A stretch of 64,000 nucleotides of DNA from a virus. Location: IMG/VR virus record IMGVR_UViG_3300030110_002054, positions 1 to 64,000 of that record. One strand, given 5' to 3'. The notes below the pieces were generated by a model that did not search any database, was not told the DNA's origin, and saw nothing but the letters and a program-made list of their open reading frames with translations. Positions 37,566 to 45,132 of the stretch are shown one piece after another. Each line of letters starts with the position of its first letter. The first letter of the stretch is position 1. Both the position numbers and the translations under genes were made by a program.

Positions 37566-37922
37566 ATGCAAGATGAGTTAAAACAAGCATATGTTGAAAG
37601 AAAGATGGAAGCAGACCCGAATATTCGGTTCTTCAAGGAGAATGAAGTTGGGGACATACATTTGGAGAGTATGATAGCAAGGCAGAAGGAAACCTATGAA
37701 AGGGAGTATGATTCTTCAATGGCCGCAGTCATGAATATCATGGAGGAGAACGGCATTGAGGAAGATGTCTTCTTCGGATTCGATGTAATCGTCAAAGACC
37801 TTCTGATGTCACTCGCTGAGGCAAATAGCGAGATGGAAGAGCGACTTGGAGATTGGGAATACTACGCTGACGAGTTGTATGACAACATCTCATCCGCAAT
37901 CAGCGATGGTCGTCCTTGGTAA
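37566..37922 (+). CDS. Cassette 3 protein (very acidic)
   Basis: 118 aa, D/E-rich. ATG about 22 nt after CATATA. Confidence 0.75.
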   Translation: MQDELKQAYVERKMEADPNIRFFKENEVGDIHLESMIARQKETYEREYDSSMAAVMNIMEENGIEEDVFFGFDVIVKDLLMSLAEANSEMEERLGDWEYYADELYDNISSAISDGRPW

Positions 37923-37987
37923 TCATCCAGCGGTAATAGCGGCTAGGGGGGAGAGAAAATGGCCTATTCTCTCCCTCCAACATCTTC

Positions 37988-38056
37988 GGGGTAACGTTGA
38001 CACAAAGTAACTACTACCATATGGTATGATACTTTGTCATGGTCACCCCATATAGC
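37988..38056 (+). repeat. Cassette site 4
   Basis: GGGGT..acACAAAGTaactact ACCATATGGT atgat ACTTTGTcat..ACCCCATATAG. Confidence 0.9.
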
Positions 38057-38115
38057 CATCACACATACATTAACTGTCCGTGGAGGGCATTCCTAACAGG
38101 AAAGGAGATAATACA

Positions 38116-38721
38116 ATGGCAGAAAGAAATAAACAAGAACCAATGACAGATAGTAAGTGGAAAGAAAGCATAGTGCAGAAGTGGAAGAACTGGGTAAAGG
38201 ATAACCCGGATTGGGAGGACTACTATGACGGACTAATGAGTGTCCCTTCTCTAATTGAGAGAGGAACTAAGAACGCTGAGAAGAGGCGCAGAATAGCAAC
38301 TGGTATCAGAACTTGCTTCATAGCGATGGAAGTAAGTGACAACCCATTTGCGGCAGGTGCTACTTCATCACTACCTGAGAAGGTCGAGAGAACCAAGACC
38401 ACCGAATTAGGTGAACTCAAAAAGGCATACATCAACTTCTGGAAAACATGTGCGCAAGCACGAAGGTATCTAGTAAAATCGAAGCGTGGCGGAGGGGGAG
38501 TTTTCTCCTCTGCTGAGGAATTCGCTCAGTATCAGATTGACCTATTGACCAACAAGTTGTCAGCCTACTACAACGACTTCGCAGATGGCAAGACCACCAA
38601 GGACTATCATTGGAAGGGAACCCAAACCGCACTCATCAACAATATACCCCTATTGAAGAAGGCGAAAGAAGCAGACGCAAAGAAGACCGAACAAGAAGAG
38701 GCCTCCAAGGAGGCTGAATAG
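38116..38721 (+). CDS. Cassette 4 protein, paralog of cassette 1 protein
   Basis: AGGAGA SD before ATG 38116. Motifs shared with 36365..36835. Confidence 0.8.
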   Translation: MAERNKQEPMTDSKWKESIVQKWKNWVKDNPDWEDYYDGLMSVPSLIERGTKNAEKRRRIATGIRTCFIAMEVSDNPFAAGATSSLPEKVERTKTTELGELKKAYINFWKTCAQARRYLVKSKRGGGGVFSSAEEFAQYQIDLLTNKLSAYYNDFADGKTTKDYHWKGTQTALINNIPLLKKAKEADAKKTEQEEASKEAE

Positions 38722-38748
38722 GATTGTCTCCTCCACGGACAACCCTTC

Positions 38749-38815
38749 GGGGTCTTTAATGGCAAAGCATACCAACCATATGGTAGGCTACTTTGTGCCT
38801 GACTACCCCATATAC
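38749..38815 (+). repeat. Cassette site 5
   Basis: GGGGT..atgGCAAAGcatacca ACCATATGGT aggct ACTTTGTgc..ACCCCATATA. Confidence 0.9.
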
Positions 38816-38836
38816 CCCTAATTCCAGACTAAGCAT

Positions 38837-39643
38837 ATGGCAGACACAAGCGTGACATATGAAAGAACAATGAAAGTGACCTACCCTAGAGAAGGCGGTA
38901 GGTTATCATCTAAACTGATAAGGAGACTTCAGCAGATGTTGACAACCTTTGGGATATACATGGTGTATAGATGTGGTTGGGGAGAACCCGACTACAGTTC
39001 CTATGAGGAAGTCGAGAAGACGGAAACCAAGAGGTCTTACAAACTGACCTCGGATGAATCTGACTACGAGATAGTAGATTTCGGAGTAGTCGATTCGACC
39101 TACGAGCGAAGTGGTATGAAGAAAATCGTCAATGCCCTAAATGACTATGCTAGGTCGATGCCCGGTCTATCTCTGGATGAAACGGTAGTCACCACATCTA
39201 CTATGGAACTCCCAAGATGGAAAGGAGATGCGATTTGGATTAACGGTCTAGAAGAACCTCAAGTCATGATGAACCGTGACTATGGCGGAAGCCGAATGAC
39301 TTGGGCAGATGAAACCGATGAAACGGATATGACCAAGATGGAAGTATTGCTAGACCCCAGCACTAGCAATGATTCAGCAATCTTGACCTTCAAGATTTGG
39401 AAGGAGGCAACCAAGACGCAGAACAAGAAAGACATCGAGACATGGTTGGTAGATACCCCATTAGATTTGATGGGAGAGATACAGGCTCACATAGAAACGT
39501 GTCTGTCTGATGTGGGCTTCGACATCACCGAGCCAGTCATTGACTGTCACTTCGATGCGAAGACAGAAAGCCGAAGCGAGTGCGCCCCTGATATCATCGG
39601 GCGACTTCGTGACGCCAAACAACGGACGATTGACAACCAATAG
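38837..39643 (+). CDS. Cassette 5 protein (hypothetical)
   Basis: 268 aa. ATG about 22 nt after CATATA. Followed by a GCCC-TTCG-GGGC hairpin. Confidence 0.8.
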   Translation: MADTSVTYERTMKVTYPREGGRLSSKLIRRLQQMLTTFGIYMVYRCGWGEPDYSSYEEVEKTETKRSYKLTSDESDYEIVDFGVVDSTYERSGMKKIVNALNDYARSMPGLSLDETVVTTSTMELPRWKGDAIWINGLEEPQVMMNRDYGGSRMTWADETDETDMTKMEVLLDPSTSNDSAILTFKIWKEATKTQNKKDIETWLVDTPLDLMGEIQAHIETCLSDVGFDITEPVIDCHFDAKTESRSECAPDIIGRLRDAKQRTIDNQ

Positions 39644-39669
39644 TCCCCTTTGCGCCCTTCGGGGCCATC

Positions 39670-39707
39670 GGGGTTCATTTGCACAAAGTAACATACAACC
39701 ATATGGC
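39670..39707 (+). repeat. Cassette site 6 (left arm only)
   Basis: GGGGT..gcACAAAGTaacataca ACCATATGGC. No normally spaced right arm or CCCCATA box. Confidence 0.85.
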
Positions 39708-39780
39708 TTTGCTTCCAAATTTTTTTTCTTTCTATATGCCCACAAACAAGTTAATGGTCTAATGCTCACCCGCCACGCAT

Positions 39781-39999
39781 GTGGCTAATGAGGATTCGCA
39801 ACTTGAAATATACAAAGAAGCCACAAGAATAGTTAAGGACATACAGGAAGAGGTATCTAACATCCAAACTATGGGGAGGTTAGATTCTAAGTTAAACAAG
39901 ATGCTTAACAGAATTAAAGCAGATACAAAACAACTACTCAAGGAGATAAGAAGTAAGGTGTTTCACCAAACTAGCATAGATGATTGGGGTGGAGATTAA
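39781..39999 (+). CDS. Small helical protein with C-terminal PIP-box-like motif
   Basis: Ends QTSIDDW, similar to the Qxx[ILM]xx[FW] PCNA-interaction motif. Confidence 0.55.
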   Translation: MANEDSQLEIYKEATRIVKDIQEEVSNIQTMGRLDSKLNKMLNRIKADTKQLLKEIRSKVFHQTSIDDWGGD

Positions 40000-40223
40000 A
40001 TGGTAAATGGGGCTTATTCTGGTTATAGGCTAATGATGGGCAAAAATTTTTCGCTAGTCCCAAACAAATCGCGGCCCATTTTTTGAAAAATAAAAGGTGT
40101 GACATTTAATGACAGTAAAAAGACCCGATTGGCAAGAACAACTAAAGATGGGAGGCGCAGTTACAACAGCAACGGGGGGAACTGCGGCCCTGTTTAACAA
40201 TAAAGCGATAAGGGGGAGGAAAC

Positions 40224-41387
40224 GTGCCAAAAAGAAAGAAAGAAAATATTGACAAGGATGAAGATGATGTCGATATAGAGGCAGGTGGCCAAACTTTCTC
40301 CGGTGCGCTAGATACTAAGTCCATGCGCGAGATGTTTAATGCGTGGGAGAAGGAAGCAAGCGGATTAGAGGGAGAATCCATTGGTTCCGTAACTGGACTT
40401 AATCTCCTTCAGGCAATTAAGAGTCAAGGAATGACTGGAAGGCTAAGAGGTGCTGGCCCGAACCTGCCAAACAAAGGTGGGGTTGAGATTTTCAAGGAAC
40501 TAGTAAAGATATTCAATGCCAAGGAGTTCTCACCTGAGCAATTTGATTTCTTGAGAGAATTAGATTCCATGATGAATACCTATTCGGCAGATGACCATCC
40601 CTTGAACCCAGCAAACATCAGATTCGACAACCCGATTGACATAGATGAGAAGGGAAGGACGCTAAAACCCAAAGAGGTGTATGGCCATTATCGAACAGAT
40701 GAGTATGAGAGCGCACAGAAACTCAAAGGGAAGGATAGACCCGCAGTTCCAGATAGTTGGTATAGCGATGGACGAGGTGCAGAACCTCCGATGTGGCAAG
40801 CATTGTATGGAGATGGCAATGGAGATGTCTTTGATGGCATCAGTTTGCACCAAGTTGTAAAGAAGGCAATTGAAAACTTCGATAAGATAGAATTGGAGAT
40901 AACACAAGACGACCCATTGGACTTGACTACTAGGAAACTAGGAACTCCACAGGTTGCTAAGATTCTTCTCACCATTCCTAGCATAAAGGCAATAGTCAAT
41001 ACCTTCATTCAAAGGCTGAAGCAAAATCCAACGAAGACATTTCCCGCTAAGTCTTGTAAATCTGCAATGGAGGCCAACCCAATCAAACTAGGAGCAAGGG
41101 GAAGTCAAGGGGTTAAGACCATCTTGGGCATTAGGGGAATGAAACAAGACATCAAGGAGATGTATGTGAAAATCAGTTGGAGGCAATGCAACAACATGGC
41201 CAAGATACTACTCGGTGACAATTCTCATTGGACAAGTGCTGGCAAGAACTCACTTCGCCTCGGTAAGAAGCCAACAGAGAAAAAGACGACTCCAAAACCC
41301 AAAGCGTCAGCAAAGCCAAAGAATGACGATACCGAGAAAAAATCACTAGATGCCGTTACTGATTGGAGGATGATTGTGAAATGTTGA
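40224..41387 (+). CDS. Hypothetical protein
   Basis: 387 aa, GTG start with GGAGG SD. Confidence 0.75.
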   Translation: MPKRKKENIDKDEDDVDIEAGGQTFSGALDTKSMREMFNAWEKEASGLEGESIGSVTGLNLLQAIKSQGMTGRLRGAGPNLPNKGGVEIFKELVKIFNAKEFSPEQFDFLRELDSMMNTYSADDHPLNPANIRFDNPIDIDEKGRTLKPKEVYGHYRTDEYESAQKLKGKDRPAVPDSWYSDGRGAEPPMWQALYGDGNGDVFDGISLHQVVKKAIENFDKIELEITQDDPLDLTTRKLGTPQVAKILLTIPSIKAIVNTFIQRLKQNPTKTFPAKSCKSAMEANPIKLGARGSQGVKTILGIRGMKQDIKEMYVKISWRQCNNMAKILLGDNSHWTSAGKNSLRLGKKPTEKKTTPKPKASAKPKNDDTEKKSLDAVTDWRMIVKC

Positions 41388-41462
41388 AGTGTTGTGACAT
41401 GAAGATATCCATAATGAACTACTCTGTCAGTTTTTGTCCATACTGCTTTGGGGGTGAAAAAG

Positions 41463-42419
41463 ATGAGTGATGTTCTTTGGGAGGATATGATAAAACAACC
41501 TCCACCACCACCGCCACCTGCTCCTCCAATGCCCCCACCACCAATGGGAGGAATGCCCCCTCCACCGGGAATGGGAATGAACACTCCCGACCCTCCCGGT
41601 AAAATCGTTCAAGACGCACCGGGAACCCAACAAGAGACTGTTGCGGTTGACCCCGATAAGGAGGAAGAAGATGATGAGCAAGTTGAGAAGGGTGCAATTC
41701 AAGATTGGCAAAGCCAATTGCAAGGAGGAGGAACCTACGCTCAAACTCCGACTGGCATCTATATGCCAAGTTATACAAATCCGCAAAATCCACAACAGGC
41801 ACAACAGGCACAACAGGGACAACAAGAAGAAGTACCTGACTCATCAGTTCAACCATCTACCTCAACATACCAACAAAATCTAAATTGGAATGCGCGGGGT
41901 GCTACAGGAGAAAATGCACCAAACCTATCTGATATGAATGATAAGAACATAGAAGAATACTGGGATGCTATGATAGCACAAGGTAACATAAAGCAAATTG
42001 AGAAACCCACAAGGGGTTCCTTGGCTTGGGTTAACCCATTGGTGTTTGATGATGCAGAAGGAAAACAAGTCGATAATAGACGACTTGCTCAACCTGAAAC
42101 CAAAGAAAGTAAACCCCAAGGAAATCAGGCTCAAGGAAATCAGAAATCTAACTGGTTCAGCAATGTAGTCAGCGCACCATCTAAGGCAATCAATAGAGCG
42201 GCAGACGCGGTATTCGGGACGGATGAAGAAATCCAAAATGAAACTTGGATGGAAACAATGACCCAAGGTCGGCCTGAAAGAAAAGCCAAAAAAAATAGGG
42301 CAAGAGAATTAGTGGCGAATAAAAGGCGCACAGGAAAAAATACTCAATCAACTGCCACTAGAAATGAGCGGGGAGAAAGACTGGTTGATTCAGAAGATTC
42401 CACTTGGAGAGATGAATGA
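41463..42419 (+). CDS. Pro/Gln-rich low-complexity protein
   Basis: MSDVLWEDMIK followed by poly-Pro and Q-rich tracts. Confidence 0.7.
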   Translation: MSDVLWEDMIKQPPPPPPPAPPMPPPPMGGMPPPPGMGMNTPDPPGKIVQDAPGTQQETVAVDPDKEEEDDEQVEKGAIQDWQSQLQGGGTYAQTPTGIYMPSYTNPQNPQQAQQAQQGQQEEVPDSSVQPSTSTYQQNLNWNARGATGENAPNLSDMNDKNIEEYWDAMIAQGNIKQIEKPTRGSLAWVNPLVFDDAEGKQVDNRRLAQPETKESKPQGNQAQGNQKSNWFSNVVSAPSKAINRAADAVFGTDEEIQNETWMETMTQGRPERKAKKNRARELVANKRRTGKNTQSTATRNERGERLVDSEDSTWRDE

Positions 42420-43078
42420 TGATTATCAGAAAGAGATGTGCATTTTGCAATCACCCTGATAGAGAAGATATGGAGGGTGATTTGGAAGGACTCAAAATGA
42501 CTGCTGACCAACTCGACAAGAAGATGGATTGGATGAGTGGAACTGCATCTAAGCATCAGCGAAATCACATGGGTCACTATGAAGACTCATCTAATCCACG
42601 TTGCAACATATGCACATCTGAGATGCGTGGGGATATTGAGATGAATATATACAACGGAGATATGACTCCTGAGATGGCGGCGAAGATGGAGAACTGTTCT
42701 GTCGAGCAGGTTGTTCGTCATATGCGAAACCACGTTCAACCACTAGTGCAGAAGTCTGCCGCGCAGATGATAGCCGCTAGGGAATTGGATGAGGTCGAGA
42801 CTCTAACTAGGAACATCAGGAGGCTTGAGGGAAAGATAGACGAGTTGTTCGACATGGAGGAAGTTGGCAATCCCAAGTATATCGACTCGCTAACTAAGAT
42901 GGCCAAGGAGATTAGGGAGAGTCTGAAGTATGTCATGGAGTTCAAGGGCAAGTTAGTCCACAAGAGACAGGATACGATTATAGTTCATCAGATGCAAATC
43001 GTCAAGGAGGTTCTAGCACAGAATCATCCTGATGTATGGTTGGATGTTAGGAAGAAGATGGAGGAAAAGATGCAATGA
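42416..43078 (+). CDS. Tandem Zn-finger/HTH protein, candidate terminase small subunit
   Basis: Two repeats C..C.......E..........H.RNH plus a C-terminal coiled coil. Upstream of the terminase. Confidence 0.5.
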   Translation: MMIIRKRCAFCNHPDREDMEGDLEGLKMTADQLDKKMDWMSGTASKHQRNHMGHYEDSSNPRCNICTSEMRGDIEMNIYNGDMTPEMAAKMENCSVEQVVRHMRNHVQPLVQKSAAQMIAARELDEVETLTRNIRRLEGKIDELFDMEEVGNPKYIDSLTKMAKEIRESLKYVMEFKGKLVHKRQDTIIVHQMQIVKEVLAQNHPDVWLDVRKKMEEKMQ

Positions 43079-43347
43079 GTTGGGAAAGTGTATTGAAAGC
43101 CGAGAAAGTTTTCATTTTATCTGAGGAAATGAGCATGGGTTACAATGAAGTAATTGCCGTTTTCAAAAGTAAAGAAGCACTCAACAAATATCTCTTGGAA
43201 AAACATTCTGGACATATAAAAGAGGGATTTGAGAATGAGCAGGGAGAAATACAATTCAGGAGTGATAAGGAGGCGCGGACTCTAGCACTACAGGACATAA
43301 TGAGGACATATGATTACATTATCAATGAGGCGGAGATGAAAGAATGA
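43075..43347 (+). CDS. WxxILK-motif hypothetical protein
   Basis: Starts MSWESVLKA. Confidence 0.7.
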   Translation: MSWESVLKAEKVFILSEEMSMGYNEVIAVFKSKEALNKYLLEKHSGHIKEGFENEQGEIQFRSDKEARTLALQDIMRTYDYIINEAEMKE

Positions 43348-43556
43348 GTTGGAAAGAGATATTGAAAGGAAAAGGAGAAAGACACTTCTTTGAAGATGGG
43401 AAACAATGGACAGGTGAAACTCACAAGCATCCTGATGGTACTCTAATGTCAGGCAAGGAACATGAAGAAGGAGTCAGTAAGAAATTGTTTCATCTATACG
43501 AATTAAGCGAAAAAGTGCTTCGCCATCTAAGTAAAGAGACAACGGAGATTAAGTAA
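43344..43556 (+). CDS. WxxILK-motif hypothetical protein
   Basis: Starts MSWKEILKG. His-rich HKHPDGTLMSG. Confidence 0.7.
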   Translation: MSWKEILKGKGERHFFEDGKQWTGETHKHPDGTLMSGKEHEEGVSKKLFHLYELSEKVLRHLSKETTEIK

Positions 43557-43557
43557 G

Positions 43558-43953
43558 ATGGATTGGCAAGAAGTTCTGAAGGTTCGGTATGCTGAAATTA
43601 AAGACTGGACGGAACGTGAGGAAGGTAGGGATAATTGTTGCGAGGTGGCCAAGAAGATGTATTGTGAATACGAACCTAAATTCATGAATCGAGATGGACT
43701 TGCACCTCTTTCTGAAGTCAAGGCAATGGACTGTGAACAGTTTCACAGTTATCTAGTAGACCTACTTCAAGAATCAAATAGAGATAAGGCTTGGTTCCAT
43801 ATTGTTCTAAGCATCAGGAACTACAAGAAGCGATGCGACCAAAACAGACAATTCTTCACACCGGAAGGAGGAAGGCCAATGCGCTCAGATGATTTCGGCA
43901 GACGCGACCCATATGAAGAAGGACAAAGAAGATTCAGGAGGAAGTATAGATGA
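43558..43953 (+). CDS. WxxILK-motif hypothetical protein
   Basis: Starts MDWQEVLKV. Confidence 0.7.
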   Translation: MDWQEVLKVRYAEIKDWTEREEGRDNCCEVAKKMYCEYEPKFMNRDGLAPLSEVKAMDCEQFHSYLVDLLQESNRDKAWFHIVLSIRNYKKRCDQNRQFFTPEGGRPMRSDDFGRRDPYEEGQRRFRRKYR

Positions 43954-44267
43954 GTTGGAAAGATACACTAAAGGGGCTTATCAAGTGGACTCCCGGCAGA
44001 TATAACAAGGAAGGACAACAACTGTGTGTGAATAATTGTATTCGACCAGCATCGGAGGATACCATCTTCGCAAGGATGCCGGGTAAATCTACTAAGCCAT
44101 CTGATTTATGTCAATGGTGTTCAGATAGTTTGGGGAAGAGAGAAAAACCTCCTGTTGGGTATCAATTCTATGACAGGAATGGGAACCCAACGAGAAGTAG
44201 GGGCCAGCAGTCATTCATAGATAGAGCAACTAGAAACTTAAATGAAGAAAAGGAGAACAGAAGATGA
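43950..44267 (+). CDS. WxxILK-motif Zn-finger protein
   Basis: Starts MSWKDTLKG. CVNNC...CQWC. Confidence 0.7.
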   Translation: MSWKDTLKGLIKWTPGRYNKEGQQLCVNNCIRPASEDTIFARMPGKSTKPSDLCQWCSDSLGKREKPPVGYQFYDRNGNPTRSRGQQSFIDRATRNLNEEKENRR

Positions 44268-44593
44268 ATTGGGAAGAAATTGTAAAGGTAAAACAAGACT
44301 TGAAGGAACCGCTAGATTTGAAGGGTCTTTATGACGCAATAAAGGCATTAGATGCTGCGGGAGAAAGTTTGGAAATGCTACATGAAAAGAATGCTGAAAA
44401 CGTCAAAAGATTCCTTTCTGAAAGTCAGTATGAAAAATGGTGGGATAGGATGGAACAGGATAAAAGACAATTTATTTCTGACTTAGGTGAGATGAGAAAA
44501 CAAATTTACACTATGCTAAGAACCCTAAATGGGAAGACTAACATGGCTAGGAAACAAACTAGAGATGAACAAAGAACGGCGGCACAAGCATGA
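44264..44593 (+). CDS. WxxILK-motif hypothetical protein
   Basis: Starts MNWEEIVKV. Confidence 0.7.
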   Translation: MNWEEIVKVKQDLKEPLDLKGLYDAIKALDAAGESLEMLHEKNAENVKRFLSESQYEKWWDRMEQDKRQFISDLGEMRKQIYTMLRTLNGKTNMARKQTRDEQRTAAQA

Positions 44594-45132
44594 ACTGGCA
44601 AGATATTTTGAAGATGCCATATATTGACTGGCGAGAATTGCAAGAACCATACGCTGATTCAGTAAGAGCAAGAGGAACTAGAGAAAATCCATTAGTATTC
44701 ATTGATGACCCTTCTCCATTGCCCGGTGAAGAATTCGACAATCAATATCTGAAATACTACGCAGGTAAAGGATATGGACAAAAAGACCACAAGACCTATG
44801 ATTATGATGAGAATGATGAGATGAGTTCTTTGGGGAGAGTGAAGCAGGATGGTAGGATAATCAAGCCGGAACTAACCAAGTATGGATTAGGAGTATTTCT
44901 AACAGGAACGTTGACACACTACAAAGAGAATAGATACAAGTCAAAGTATGGTGGCAAAACCCAAACCTATGCAAAACCAAGGGGTTCAATGATACCTTGG
45001 AAGATATCTGTCAAGTATTGTTTAGATAACAACATCAACATTCCAGATAATGCCCCTATCTTCCTAAGTGGAAGTGAATCAGGAACTTACGGAGAATGGA
45101 AAAGTAAGCAACAAAAGGGGACTAAAGAGTAA
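44590..45132 (+). CDS. WxxILK-motif hypothetical protein
   Basis: Starts MNWQDILKM. Confidence 0.7.
   Translation: MNWQDILKMPYIDWRELQEPYADSVRARGTRENPLVFIDDPSPLPGEEFDNQYLKYYAGKGYGQKDHKTYDYDENDEMSSLGRVKQDGRIIKPELTKYGLGVFLTGTLTHYKENRYKSKYGGKTQTYAKPRGSMIPWKISVKYCLDNNINIPDNAPIFLSGSESGTYGEWKSKQQKGTKE

Larger units (their letters stand above)
36261..39707 (+). mobile_element. Array of five gene cassettes bounded by six ACCATATGG(T/C)-centred sites (integron-like)
   Basis: Cores at 36261, 36987, 37505, 38016, 38775 and 39698. Consensus GGG(G)T-N-[A/G]CAAAG[T/C]-N-ACCATATGGT-N-ACTTTGT-N-ACCCCATA. Arms co-vary across each cassette. Confidence 0.7.

Noticed and set aside
36261-39707. CRISPR array interpretation of the repeated palindromes
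   Set aside because: The intervening segments are 500-900 bp, contain genes and vary in length. The repeats are degenerate and there is no cas operon.
36261-39707. Classical integron attC sites or IS630/Tc1 elements (TA target)
   Set aside because: There is no RYYYAAC/GTTRRRY core arrangement and no integrase or transposase in the window. The inferred crossover is central. Kept only as analogies.
41500-41830. CCA-rich and ACAACAGGC tandem repeats
   Set aside because: Explained by poly-Pro and QQA coding.
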